Part shown: positions 37,995-51,485 of the stretch, piece by piece
Position numbering within the stretch: the stretch's first letter is position 1
Layout of the letters: each line of letters opens with the position of its first letter
Source of the DNA: Penicillus capitatus
Lineage: Eukaryota; Plantae; Chlorophyta
Reading direction: 5' to 3'
Assembly (NCBI GenBank): GCA_965649825.1
Contig: OZ287695.1
Coordinates: 1,601,288 to 1,665,287, forward strand
Length of the DNA: 64,000 nt
Notes under the pieces: model-generated
Database searches by the model: none
What the model saw: only the letters and a program-made list of their open reading frames with translations
What the model was told of the DNA's origin: nothing
Translations under genes and position numbers: made by a program

Positions 37995-39799
37995 TGGGCC
38001 GAGGAAGCCCTGGAAGTTTGAGTGCTCTGGCAGAAAGAAAGAATTGGAGCACACGCTGCTGAGGCACGCACTACCGACGACAAACGGATCTTGTGGCTTC
38101 TCTTTCTTAAGGCAGCGGATTAAATCACCACCACGATCACGCGACGGTTCGAAAGGACGGTCGGGCCACGACTGGCGTTGCGGTTAGCTATTCTGACGAA
38201 CCCTGTCTGTTCTGTCCACCTGTTGACGCGCGTGTGGTTATTATTACCAGTGCACGCGCAACACGACTGCCTTGTGCTGTGCGACGCGCTTGCTCTGGGA
38301 AGCAGAATCCGCGTCCGATCTCTGGCCGCTTGGCCCGAGATGGCTTGTCAGAGGTGGGCACGACGGAGTCAGACGAATGGTAAACCCTATGTACTCTAAA
38401 AGACGAGAAATGAACTTCTCAAGACTCGCATGGTATCTTCTTTCTTTCTTGGAGTTTGGTGCGGATTCTCATCCGACCCTGGTGTCCACAGTGGACCAAA
38501 TCAAACGGACCATCGGACTCATCGATGTCACTCATAACACACCTCACTTCCTTTGGCTTGGTATACCTCATACTCGCGACATGTCATCTGCTACTGGTTC
38601 CATGTTCTGGCGCTATGCTCAAATATGTAAAATGGTTTCTCCACGCGAAGAGACGCTGTCGGTCTTGCACGGCACTAATTCTTGCGGACAGCACTTCGAG
38701 GCACGTGTTAATGCAATCTACCATTTTTCCTATAGTTATTGAATAATCTGGCAGGTTTCGTTCTTCCAGGTCCTCTCCGACGGTTTTTGCTCATAGCAAT
38801 GACCCTACCGACCATGATGCAAGACCTGTCGCTCTGCAACGGATTTCTCCAACCTCCGTTCGAAAAAACAACTCTTTTCTCTTGCCATTCACTTCAATGC
38901 CGCACTCAATCGTTTAGAAAAGCCTTAGCATAGCAGTTTTTAGCGGAGCGCGCTGAAGGCAGCGAACAAGGAGGATGAATTTATCCAGCCAATTTTCGAC
39001 GTGCTACACAGGACGGGCGCGCAGTACTTTGACATGTGTTAAGGGACGGTCTTGGGCATCGGTTTGAACAGTACCCAATCTCTTGATAACCTGCATCCCC
39101 GTCGCGACACGTCCAAAAATCGTGTGTTTTCCATCGAGCGAGGGACATGGAGCCAGTGTCAGATAAAACTACATTGTCACGGGTCACTCTTTCTGAGAGG
39201 AATGAGTGAGAGATGTGACTTGACTGCCATTCGTGTTAGGACCTGAATTCGCCATGCAGAGAATCCCTGCCCCTGTGTGTTTCAGATCCCGTGTGATTTC
39301 GTCTTCAAACGTCGTGCCTTCTGCCGAGACACCTCCACGACCGGTCCCGGTCGGATCGCCTCCCTGAACGATAAAACCTGCGATGATGCGATGGAACTGT
39401 CGGAAGTACAGAGAGAGGCTAAGTGTTGTCGAGTGGGATGGTGGAGCTTACCATTGTTCCGTCATAATAGCCACGTTTGGCGAGTTCGAGAAAGTTGTGT
39501 GTGGCTTTCGGTGCGTGACGAACGTAGAGCTCCACGCAGAAGCTCCCTAACGTCGTGTCAATTTGAACCTGTGGCGCTTCCATGACGACGGCAATGCTTG
39601 CATAATGGACAATTTTAGAGAAGTGTGTATTAAACAGAAACGGGATGTAGACATCTCGAAGAGCCAGCCAGTATCAACTGTCAGCTATGAAATCGCCACC
39701 CACCGCTTCTACGACGCCCACGTGATACATAATAGCCGATCAAATGTACGACAGTAGACATAAAAGATAACAGAATGATAGGTTTCATTGACTAAATGT

Positions 39800-42700
39800 T
39801 TAGGTAAAGAAAAGAGTGTCTTTCAAGCTAGGGTGCACGGCATTCTCCGTGCTATGAGATTTGTTTGTCCAGAGAAGTTTTCCACGGGCTGCTGCATGAT
39901 GTGCATAATATGCTGGCGGGCAATACGACACGCTTCGTGTGCAGCGGCAGAAAAGGTGACACATCCAGTAGGTGAGCTTCTGCAGATCGTCCGACTTGAA
40001 ACCGACCTCGTCGATAAGAACTGAGTACATCGTCGGTCTGGAAGTGCCTTGGATTCCGGTGTGGCTGACGAGATAGAAGTCGAAGCCATGTCGATGACAG
40101 ACATGGGAATCCACCACCAGACCGGGACAGACGTTACCGGATCTGTCGGCGTCGGCTGAATTGCTGGGAAAGAATCTCATGCCGTGACGCTTCGAGACAA
40201 TGATGAAGGAGATGGGTGGACAGTACTCGGCAGACGGGTCTCCCATCTCGGCACAGGCGTCTCGGATGGCCTTGTACTCGTGCTCGACGACCTTCGGGAA
40301 TTCGCCCTGGGAGACGCCGTCTCGGTAGAAGAGGATCGCCTCCGGTTTGACTCCGTTGTTCTTGACGTAGTACGCCTTCAGCAGTTCCTTGACTGTCTTC
40401 TTGAGATCTCGGATGACCTCTCGGCCGGTGTCCGTGCATTCCTGGAACTGCGTCCGACAGGCATAGTGGGACAGCGTTCGATCCATCGAGGCCACGACAC
40501 CGACCACCGATCGCTTGTCTTCGCTGCTGGGTGGTGGATGCGTCAAGTCGGCGCCCAGAACCATGAAAGGTCTGTCTCCCAGCAAAGGGAAGGAGCATGT
40601 GCGGTGCTGCTGGCCCTGCAGATTGTAGAGAGTCGTGTTGATGCCTCCGAGTTTTGCATTGATCTTCAGCGTCAGGTTAGCAACATACGCACGGCGATTG
40701 TGGTCGGCTGCTCTGCCTTCGAGTCCTGCATTGGTTGTTCGGATGCACTGGGAAGGAATGCCGACCAGCTGATCAGAAGCCACTTTGGCTTCTATGTAGA
40801 GATCCTCGGTCGTGATAATGCTTCTTCCTTCCTTTTCTGCGAAGTCCGGCATAATGACCATGATAATCTGGCAAGGTTCTCCGCTGAACTTCTTTTTAGC
40901 TCCCTGAGCTACTTCTTCAAAAAACTGTTTGCACTGATGTCGATGTTTCTTATCGAAATCCATCTTGAAAGGAAATTCTGTGACTTCCATTCCCCTCCTT
41001 TTCATCATCTCCATTAAGGCGACAAAGAGATCCTTGATGTCTGGGTTTGCACACGATGAGAAGTTCGCCAAACCCCAAGAACGAATAGCCACTGGGGTCT
41101 GGAACTTGTAAGCACTGTCGTCCCATTCCCCTTTGTTTTGGACGTCTATGTGGGCTTGGTCCCCACCCTCGAGGCTGGGTCCAGGCAAAACACGTGCAGG
41201 AATGGTCGCCATCTCTTCCGCGATCTGGACACCCCAAGCGTCCAGATGGTTCTTGTTTCTGCCGTTGCCCAGCTGGTTCTTATGGCACGCTTCGATGAAT
41301 GCCTTCTTCTCCGTTGGTTTCTGGGAGGCGGCCTGGATCAGTCGCTCCAACTCCTTCTCGTTCATCTTTCTCTTGTATGGCACCGTCTTAATCATCAGGC
41401 ACTCCGGAGGGAATGCATGGTGCGAAGGCTTGTTCTTCTTGTAGATGGTCATCAGCCTGAGATTGGGGTAGCGAACTTGGTAACGGTTTTCGTCCAACAT
41501 GTACTGCGCGACAGTGACCCAGCCTCTTCTCGTCTCGATCTTCATCGTGGCCGCTGTCAGCTTTGAAAACTGTGCCAGCTTTTCGTGGATTTCCCGTCTG
41601 GGGTTATGTATCGTCTTGCACTGCAAACATACACCACGTGTCAAGTGACCGTTCGAGCAGACGAATGTGGCGAACCTTGAGTTTGTCGAGCTTCTCGGCT
41701 ATCCTTGCGTAGTGTCGCTCGTCGCGGTCGAGGTAGTGGTGGAGGTGTTCGGGCGGCACCTTCTTCCCGGCCACCTTCTCTTCGACGTAGGCCTGGATGA
41801 ACTGGACCACCGTCTGCTCCTGGATCATGGGCGTGAAGCAGGAGTTCATGTTCAGACAGAGTCCGAGCTGACAGGGCCTGGCGGACTGGTAGTATCCCGC
41901 CCACGCTTCTACGCCAGGACTGATGGTGCGAGCTCGATTGTCGCGTCGGAAGATCGCATTTCCCAGCGAGACCAATCCCTGCTGCATGTAGAAGAACTGA
42001 TGCAGTGCCACATCCAGCGCAGCCAGAGGGGCTGCTGGATACTCGACGTCGCCGTGGGACATGAAGCGAGACACGCTGGAGAGCGGCCACGAGGCCGTGA
42101 AGGACACGATGACCTGATACTCCTTCTGCTTGTCGTCCAACTTGATTGACGCCCTGCTCTGGAAGTTGTCGACCTTGCGCTGCGGCACGTAGAGGTTCTT
42201 CTGTCCATCGAAGGCGGCGCCTGGAGGCAGGATGTTTCCATTCCTCGTCAGCTCGGCCCACACGCGTTCTGCGATGTCCCTCTTGACGGTTACTGGACCA
42301 GCGGGGCGTGCTGGGGCCGCTCGACCACGACCTCTTCCTCTTCCTCTTCCACGACCACGTCCACCGCCTCCTGTTGCATCCACGTTGCTTGAGCTGCAGA
42401 AATGGCCACTGTGGGATCTCTCACTTGGTGGCGCGGCGACGGGTTGAATGTCCACGTCGTACTGATGAATGACGATCTCGCGGAACTGTATCGGAAAAAC
42501 GTTGGCGTAGACCTGAATACGCCGACCGAGTTTGCCTAACTCGGGTCTGACCACCATATCACCAACCTACACGTGTTAAATACATTTTCTCCGCGCGCAG
42601 CACAAAGGATGCCGTACCCGAGGTCGCGGCGACCTTTCTAGCTTCGGTGCGTGCGCTAACACCTCGTCAGAGACTGGTGATGCTCTCGAGTCAGTCGAGG

Positions 42701-42885
42701 GAGCACTCAAAGAAACAGATGCCAATAGTCCTACACAGATAAACGTTTGTGAGTTCATGATAACCAAATGATAGAGATGCAGCACCGTTCGGCGACGTGG
42801 GCGACATAGGTTGCTGCGTATCGTTTTTCGCAGCTTTCTTCTTTTGCCGTCTCTTGGCGCTCTTAGACAACTTGGAAGCATCCAT
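39800..42885 (-). CDS. AGO: Argonaute protein A (N-PAZ-MID-PIWI, DEDH tetrad)
   Basis: GRRIQVYANVF, PAZ, QC, KINAKLGGIN, GADLTHP, GREVI, YRDGVS and PAYYAHH. ORFs 41604..42557 and 39800..41644 are joined by a 55-nt intron (41621-41675). Two small upstream exons splice in frame from ATG 42885 (MDASKLSKSAKRRQKK). Confidence 0.95.
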
Positions 42886-44519
42886 TTTGATCGCGTCGAA
42901 CGAACACACGCACGGAGAACGTCAGATACGAGGAGAACAAAACAGCACAGGCGAAAACGTCTTTTTGTTACGTTCGCAAATGCGTTTGCAGTTGAGGTCT
43001 TTCGCGTTCTCTCGAAAACCAATTGTTCAAACACGCAAGAAAGCGAGAAATCACGGTATAAATATCCATGCAGTGCTGAGCACGGATGTGACAAGCACGA
43101 ATTAACACACACGAATGCAGCCAATTGGTCGTGGTCAGCACGGCAATACCCTAAAGGACGAACCTCTACAGAAGAGTTCCGCGAATAGACATCAAACGGC
43201 GAGTGGCGAAGGGAAAAGCAGCACTGAACAAGTGATGGCGAAACGGGTAGGTCGAGTTGGGTGCGGACACGTTGACGGATCGTGTCTGTCACGGGCGATG
43301 ATGCTGTCAGACGATCTCGGTGTGCGTCGTTTAAGAAAACCCAGCTCTCGTCTGTCTGAACTCTTCTGTCTCTTTAGTCTTTAGAGATCGATAAGGTATT
43401 GATTCTTCCGGTGTGGATCGCAGTTATGCATTAGTGGCTATTGTTGACTGCATCTTTACCGAACTGCATCCTTACCGATTGGCGTCATTTCTTCTCTCGC
43501 AAAATCTTCTTGAACATCGTCTGTTTTAGCGATCCAAATGATTTCTGGCTTACTATGCGATGCAAAGGTAATCGATTTCATGGAGTTGCCAAATACATGC
43601 ATCTGATTGAATCTCTGTGGACCACGGACAAGTGTATGCTTATCATTGTAACGTTTTTGAAAGAGACACGTTGTTCTCGACAGTTCTTCGATTCCAATTT
43701 CATCTTCAGGTGCTACAACAGTTGGAAACAGAAGAAACCAACGTGACATTAGCATTACAAGATGACATAAAGAATAAGATGCATTTGACATTCAAGGGGC
43801 TAATGTTTTTGGAAGCTTTGGGCATGGCGAGCTCGAATCCTTGCTTCCAAATGCACCTTCAACAAACATGGGCGCTAATGGATGACACAGCTGCAAGAGA
43901 CTGTACATTGAGACGCAAAGCACGGCTGAAGGAAGGCTGGATCCTCTTCCATGGGCGGCGGCGTTCGTCCAAAGATCATCTCACAAGACAAGTCTTCGAA
44001 ATTCGGATTCATGGTGACAGGCAGGCCGAAATCTTCGGTGAAGAATTTCTGTGTGGGGATCTAAAGACACACACCCTCCTGACGCTCGATTCCTTACAGC
44101 ACATCTCACACTTTACACATGTTGACACACATTCCTGTGCATCCACTGCTCTCCAGATATCTGCATTTCTTGATCTTCACAAGGCTCTTCCATTTCTCCA
44201 CATCTCCATCTGCTGTTGTGATATCTGTCTCTTCGACGTCGCAATCACCGACCAGCCACATGAAACCGATCTTCGTGATCCATGCATTTAATTCGGCCGA
44301 CCACTGGACTGGAGGAAACCAAGATCTGTGGACACGACAATGTCATGAACGAATGCTTCTGCCGGGCGAACCGAAATCGCTCTGCTGCTTCGGGAGGTGC
44401 TGTTGAGCTCAGAACATTCTGTACGACTCTCTGGGCATCTTTGGCAGATCCACGCTTCAAAACCTGCGCAGCTTATTTTACATGCGTACGATGTGTAGCA
44501 CATCCTTCACTTTTCTGCC

Positions 44520-45583
44520 GACTTCAATGAAGCTATCGTAGGTGATCTCCGAAGGAATGGGTTCTACAGAGTAAGGAGACATCGTAGGAGACAGCGACGT
44601 TCTGCATAACGACCGTTCAGTTGTTCACACATCCGAGCGGTGAACCATTTCAGAAAGAACTTCGTGACGATACCGTCGTTGTAAGAGATCTTCTCTGCGA
44701 AGGGATCCTAGTCACTCGGACATGTCACACTTCGCATACAGGAATCGATCGGGTTCCAATCACTTTAGAATTCTTCGTTTTTGACAAAGAAGAGGAAGGA
44801 GATGCGAAAACATGCCGTCCACGGTATCTTCCAGGCCCGGCAGCACGCCGATGGGAAAAAGGAACTGGCCGAAAACCAAAGCTTGTGCCGTTTACCGTAC
44901 GGGAGACCAACATCGAGCACGATGCTTTGACAAGACAGGGCTTCGAAGGTGCACGCGTCAGTGGACGACACGCAATTAATGAACAGCGTTTAACGCGAAC
45001 CACGATTCGCTAACTGGGACGTGTTCAGCATGAGATTCACATGTATAACACCACACATACACCTATGGGTTCTGGCATACAGCGCAATAGTGTATCCATT
45101 CTTTCCGTGTTCTGCCAATCACAGTGTTCATCATACAGAGAGATATCCGACGGCATTGGATCACCGTCTTCCGTTTTGGTTCGTTTTTGAACGTCGTCGC
45201 TTGAAAAGGCGTCAAACTGTTTTCGTCGGTCGGTGCAAAACAGCCAAGGCCATTCATCGGTTCCGATTCAAATGATGCAGAACAAAACGTATTTCCATCG
45301 ATGCAACAAGGAGGCACAGGTGCTGTTATTCACTTTTCTTACTCCGCTCCTCCGTTTCTCCTTTGCTTTTGCTGTTATCTGAGGTCGAGTGAACGGCAGT
45401 TTAGACGGATGCAATAGTTCTTCAGGCGTGTCTGGATCCCCAGCGAGTTCTTCTCGAGTGAAAGGAGCGAGGCACTGCGCATATGTCTCTTCATCGACGT
45501 AGAGATACCACCACTCCAGACGCGCGTCTTCGCTCAGCATCCCATCCAAAACCTTGCTCGTTGAACACGTCGCGGAAGCCATT
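44520..45583 (-). CDS. Hypothetical protein, multi-exon
   Basis: Protein-like exons (LEWWYLYVDEETY..; EWPWLFCTDRRKQF..) with plausible splice sites. No family recognised; boundaries approximate. Confidence 0.3.
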
Positions 45584-45675
45584 GCACGAGAGCGTACTGC
45601 TGCATCGGTCACGTCACTAAAACGACCGTTTAAGAATGTACGCACAAATTTGGTAGCAATGTCCTGTGGGGACCT

Positions 45676-47306
45676 TCAAGAATCGATAGCGGTTCTTAGG
45701 GCTTGAGGCTCTTCCTCATAGACAATACGATAGATGGAGTCAGCTTGGTCGTCCGAGATCAGCAGAGAACCATCTGGGAGTTCTTGGACATCCACTGGTC
45801 GCCCGAACGATTCGTCATCTTTCATCCATCCCTGAAAGGCGATTCAAGCAGATGGACATCACTAAGCCTCCGAACCGTGGCAAAGATTTCGTGATCGATG
45901 GCAGTTCTGTTGTCTTCTCCCAATTTGACGTTCACGACGCGATAGCCTTTTATGGATCACTCTTTGGAAATTGGCACAAGACAGAGGGAAAGGAACAGAC
46001 CTATTTTGTCATCTCTGTTCCAGCTACCGTGCTCAGCGATGAAAATGGAGTTTCTGTACTTGGGTGGGAACATCTTGCCAGTGTAGAATCGCATGCCCAG
46101 GGCTGCCACATGTGGACCGAGGGCTTGGACTGGAGTCCGTTGACGACGCCGTTTGGCTGAATTGGAAATCACACACAGAAATGAAGTGCTTTCAGACACA
46201 GAATGCCACGGACCTGTGCATCCGTCCCCATAGAGCTGATCCTTTATCGTCTTGAATGTACCGACATCTCGATGGTGTGGATCTCCCATTCCCTTCAGAA
46301 GAGATGGACACCTCAGACAAGCCATGCCCAACAGAACCTACTTTCACATGGCAGTAAGGGAAGCTGTAGTTTTGGCCCCTATCCACAGCCACGTGCAGTA
46401 CGTCATCTGGGAAGTCGTTGCCCATGTAGTCTGCACCGTTCTCTGTAAAGAAAAACTCTTTCGTGAATGGGTGCCAATCGAAGCCCACTGAGTTACGCAA
46501 TCCAGACACAAATAGCTTCAGATTTCGACCGTCTGGAAAGCAAAGGATTCTGTTAAGTGTGGACTCTTTGCCTAATGAACTCTCTTACCTGGATTCATCG
46601 TCATAATCGTACCGTCTATTACCTTTCCATACTCTTTAGGCTCGCAGAGGTTGCAAGCGAGACCGACAGCAATGAAGAGTTTTCCATCCGGACTGAATCC
46701 AATGTATTTCCAATAATGGTGAGGAGTGAGTGGGAAGTCGTCCCTCAACACTGTAGGCTTCCCGAATTTCTGAAAACGATTGGAAAAGTGGCATCATGTC
46801 AAACGTAGAAAACGAACGAACTTTGCCACTCAAGGCCAAACGATCCACATCGTCATAACGAAGGACGTCGGTGACAGTGGCAACGTATAGGGATCCGTTG
46901 CGATAGGCAATTCCATTGGGAACAAAAAGACGCTTCAAGACAGTATTCACACGATCGGCCACTCCATCGCTGTCGTCATCAATCACGGCAAAAATCTGAA
47001 AAGGCGGCAGTATATGTCCAAGATTAGATCACGTTTCTGTGTGCTCACTCTGTGATCTCGCCGAGTCGAGATGTATAAGATCGTTGCGTTGGATTCTGTG
47101 CAAGTGCTCAAAGCAATACTCCGTGCGTTTGGTACATTGCCACTCGCATAGTTCTCAATACGAAATCCAGTCGGCAATCGAATGTCCTTTAGACTAAATG
47201 CGTTGCGAGAAGATTTGCCACGGCGTTTCTTTTGACCGACGATACCATTGACGGAGAGCAAGAGGGCAACAATAACAAGAACCCGGTGAAAACGGCGAAG
47301 CGGCAT
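45676..47306 (-). CDS. Secreted PQQ-dependent sugar/sorbosone dehydrogenase-like beta-propeller (GSDH family)
   Basis: Signal peptide; LPTGFRIENYA; PNGIAYRNGSLYVA; GLRNSVGFDWHP; LGPHVAALGMRFYTGKMFP; AEHGSWNR; GRPVDV. Confidence 0.85.
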
Positions 47307-47349
47307 GGTTATGACGGATAAGTGAAAGGAATGAAACGACATCTGTAAC

Positions 47350-50300
47350 ATGCCGCGTGACGAGTATGTCGAAGGGCAGCTTTGCCGCTTCATCGACGCC
47401 GCAATGCACAGCGGCGGAACCCAAACGCAACCGGAAATACGCAGACGTGCAGTTCAAAAGCTTATGACGGCATGGGTCTGTCTTTCTGTGGTGTCTCATC
47501 ACCTGGGTGACGATGATGTATGTTCAGAAAGCGTCCTCTCAAAAAAGCAACGCATTGACGTTCTCTGAAACCAAGTTGCCGCCGTTTCCTGACCCGGTGT
47601 GCCGTTGTTGGTCCCGTTTTCCTGGCAACGAACGCGTTTCTAGGAAGTGTACCGTCGACTGGATCAGATACAGAGACAGCAATTGGCAGTATTGCTTTCA
47701 AAACTGCAGCAGAATTCGGCACTGATGCGTCGCGTGTCGTTTGGCCCATGCGACTCCCATCAAGAGCCGATGACAATGAAACTGCGGGATGCCGTTCTCT
47801 TCTTTCTGACGTTTCTCGCCAAAACGGATCGTCTCGGGACAGATGCACAGGCATCGCATGACGCGTCTGAAGCGGATGATCCTTTGCAACGATTCGTGGA
47901 CGCCATCGCACAGCTATCAATGCCAGAACCCTCGGATGAGGAATCCGACACGGAATCCTGGTTGTTGCCATGTTTTCGACGTGACGGCCTCTCTATTCAG
48001 AACATAGCAGAGCTGTTCGATTTCAGCGGAAAGGAAAGTGAAGAACCAGAGACCTATCAGCAACCTCTACGGCTGTGGGATTTCATCAGTAAGCCTCATC
48101 AACAGTATGAATGGACAGATAGGTATGTATTCTTCAGCGGCAAAGGGAACGGCGGTTTCTCAGCAAGAGACGGAGGAAGAAAACGGATGGAATCAGAGAC
48201 AGATCGAACTGGCAGAGTTCGAGAGGACGCCAGCATCCAATCCGTTGCTCTCAGGATTTGAAAGGATGGCAAATGGACTGTGTGAGATCGGAACGGATGA
48301 GACGACAGATGCTTCCACAACACATATCGTAACCGTAGATGTGGGAAATGAGACACCAGCAGCACATACCCGCGAGGCCTTTGAGAAAGAACTTATTCCT
48401 GTGATCACTCTGGCATTGGATGGACTGCTTCCGGCGATTCGATCTTTGGAAACGGCATCCAAAACGCAGAGGGCTGCTGCCTTGCATGGGCTGTTGACAA
48501 AAGTCACAAAGTACTGAGTTCTTGTCATTGTGCGACACGAATCGTGTTTGCCTTAGAGCTGGACGTGCCCGGATGGATCTGGATGCGTTTGTGGCTCTTC
48601 CTCTCCACCAAAATGCCACTCAGACAGCCTTTCTCTCAGCTGTTTCGTCCATCCTGCGTTTTCACTCTGCCACTCTGCAGACTCTGAAAGCATCGATACT
48701 AAAACGCCAGCGACTGGACTCTGGACTCTCTTTGACTGCATCCACTGGACAGATGCATATCTCTATCATAGAGGCGGTCCTTCATACAGAAGATCTTCAG
48801 AAACAAGTCATAGCTTTGGCAGGAATGTGCAGTTTGGATGAAGAAACGGATCCTGAAATGGCCAGAGAGAATCTTCCATTAGGCACTGATCTTCTTTCAA
48901 AGCTGTATGCAGAACTGTTGGAGGCCGACAATCGAACAGGGCCAATGATAAGGTAACGTCCATCACAGCTGCTGACATCTCCTTGTCGATCTACTGACCA
49001 GGTATCTCTTTTGCTGTACCGCTCGGCCCTTCTTGACACAAGTACGAAGATGGCTCTACACCACAGACGATGTCTTTGGGCACGAACTTGCAAAAGAAGG
49101 CTCTGTGCATGTGCCGGAATTCTTGCAGCCAGTCCGAGAGCTTTTCTTCGAAGCTGGGCACCAGCTCCGCATTATTGACAAACTCAGAACAGGGCTTGGA
49201 GTTGAATCGGCTGTTGTTCAAGCGATCCGTCAGATCTCAAAGTCTGAGGAACTTGAAATGACGAACATTTGCCAGAAATGCAATGATGCTTGGGCTCTCT
49301 GTCGAACAGAATTTGGACACGTTGGCGTCTCTTCCTGGTTTGCAGATGGTGGAAACCAATCAGCATTCTTACCATTTCAACACAATGCACTCCATGAAGT
49401 ATGCTTGCTCTTCGCAAAGATCGATTCTGAGTGTCTGAATGTTGCCAAGGTCGTAGATGCGATGAACAGAGCAGCTCAGGAGCGACGAAACGAGGTTCAG
49501 CACATATTGACAACGGCCCGGGAGATTCGTCGAGTGGAGAAGAAGATCACCGATGCCAAAGCACTGCTTTCATTTCAAGAACGAGCAGTGGCCATCGAAC
49601 GACAGAGGAGAGAGTCCATCCAACGCTTTTTACAGCAGAAAACAGAAAAACAGAAACTCTTGTCGGAACAGAAGGCGGCCATGAAAGAGGCCTCGGCACG
49701 GAAGACAGTTGAACGATCTAAAGTACAGCCCGACAACTTGCAAACTGCATCTCCAGACTGTTTACCCAGGAACTGCATCTGGAGCACGAAATGTTGAGAA
49801 AGGAAGCTCTGAAGGAGCATGCTAGGGCCATGGCAGACCTCAAAGCGGAAGTCGATACTCAGCTCCCTTGTGCGAATCGTGTTCGCCAGTTCGAAAGTCT
49901 AGGTGCTTGGAAGGCGAGAAAAGAAAGGAAGTGAGGCAGAGATGGAGGTCGAAGACGAGGGCGTAGCACTCGATTCTGAAGGTGATTGTGAGATGGCTCT
50001 GGACAGAGGACCCGATGAGACTGGCCCTTCCACTTCAGCCAATCCACCGAACCGACCGCGGTGGTCGCTTCCTGCTGACTCCTCAGATGTTCCATCATCA
50101 CAGGGAGACGAAAACGAACAAATGGATGCAGCAGACGATATACCTGCAGAAGAAAACAACCATCCAGGCATTGCAGAAACAAATCTCCCAGAGCACTGGA
50201 CGCCGAGAATGGATGATGATACCGTCGAAGAGACGTCGACGAGACGTCACAGTGAAGATTGTGATGACGTGTCGCTCGTTCCAGTATCTGCTGTCGTTGA

Positions 50301-51485
50301 CGGATGCATTGTGCAAAGCATTCTTTCCCAACACAGGTATAAACACTCCATCCGTTGACGCTTTGCAATGGGGTGGGTGCTCATAGATGCGTTAGTCATG
50401 CATTTTCTGTCCTTTTTTGCGAAGAGCTCGGTTTTGAAGCAGCTGTGTCATTTCTGAGGAAGCTCTGCTTCTCCGAGTCGACGGATTGGATACGGACGCT
50501 GGTTGATAAGATCCTTTCCCATGTTGCCGACGGCTTGCCATTCAGCAGAAGGGCCCTCAGTTTTCTCTACGAAGAATCTCTGATCGATTCTTCCTATTCC
50601 GATCTCCCTTCCAATCCGCACGTGACGATGTCTCTTCAACTGACGCCCGGCGTCTTGGAGGAAGAATTTACTGCAGATATTGCCAGTCAACAGCTCGTTT
50701 CTTGCATCCGCTTGAGTGCAACAGTGGCATGGCCACTCTCGTTGATCATCACCGATGCTCGAATCGAGGAATTCAATGCTGTATTCAGAATGCTTCTGCG
50801 CATAGGCCAGACAAGATGGTGGCTGTACCGTGTCTGGCCGAGATTCAATGACACCAAACGATATACCGATCCGTCACCGAAACTCAGAGATAGACTCAGG
50901 CTAGTGCGATTGTGGTATCAGGTACGCTTGGTTCTTGCCTTCTGCTATAGATTCGATAAGGAATGTACAGGATGCCCTGAGCCTCACGACAATGCTTCAA
51001 AGCTATATGCACCATGAACTCAACACAAGCCTTTGGGAGACGTTTCTTTCGAGGATTCATCGACCTGGTCTGAGTTTTGGAAAGATTCGAGAGGCCCTCT
51101 GCGACTTCCTTACCTCTGCTCTGGAAACGTCCTTTCAGAAAATCAATACCAAACGCTTGCGCAGCGTATTCCCTATCAATTTCTGTATTTCTCGTTCGCC
51201 ATCTTGCACATGCAGATGTTGGAATCGGCATTGCAGTTGATCATCCATTTCTGCAGTGTGCTGAGCGAGATGCCTCCCCATCCAAAGCCTCAGACATCTG
51301 TGCTCGTGAACCTGATTGAAGAGGATGAGGTCTGGGAGCAATTGACAAAGCTCTCTACGGAGTTAAAGCACCGCACCTGTGCCTTCTATAAGACGCTCAA
51401 GTACAGGGCAAATCGTGGAGAGTGTACAGAAGGGCTCTACGTTATGATGAGCTTCAATACGTATTACACTTCATTGAATAATTAG
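47350..51485 (+). CDS. Gamma-tubulin complex component (Spc97/98 family; GCP6-like by size and central coiled-coil insert)
   Basis: C-terminal GCP motif IRLSATVAWPLSLIITDARIEEFNAVFRMLLRI, central coiled coil, many exons. Confidence 0.75.

Larger units (their letters stand above)
35043..38581. repeat. Donor segment 2 of the inverted duplication (matches 14650-18207)
   Basis: Direct reverse-complement comparison; homology ends at ..CCTCATACTCGCGACA (~38581). Confidence 0.94.

Noticed and set aside
41604-41680. Apparent frameshift splitting Argonaute A into two ORFs
   Set aside because: Explained by a 55-nt GT-AG intron whose counterpart in AGO-B is 57 nt, so it is not a pseudogene.
43617-44291. 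224-aa ORF and other mid-size ORFs (21168..21767, 51939..52535, 52800-53830, 58466..58861, 63727..63999)
   Set aside because: No recognisable motifs. Some may be exons of real hypothetical genes, but a product cannot be supported by eye.
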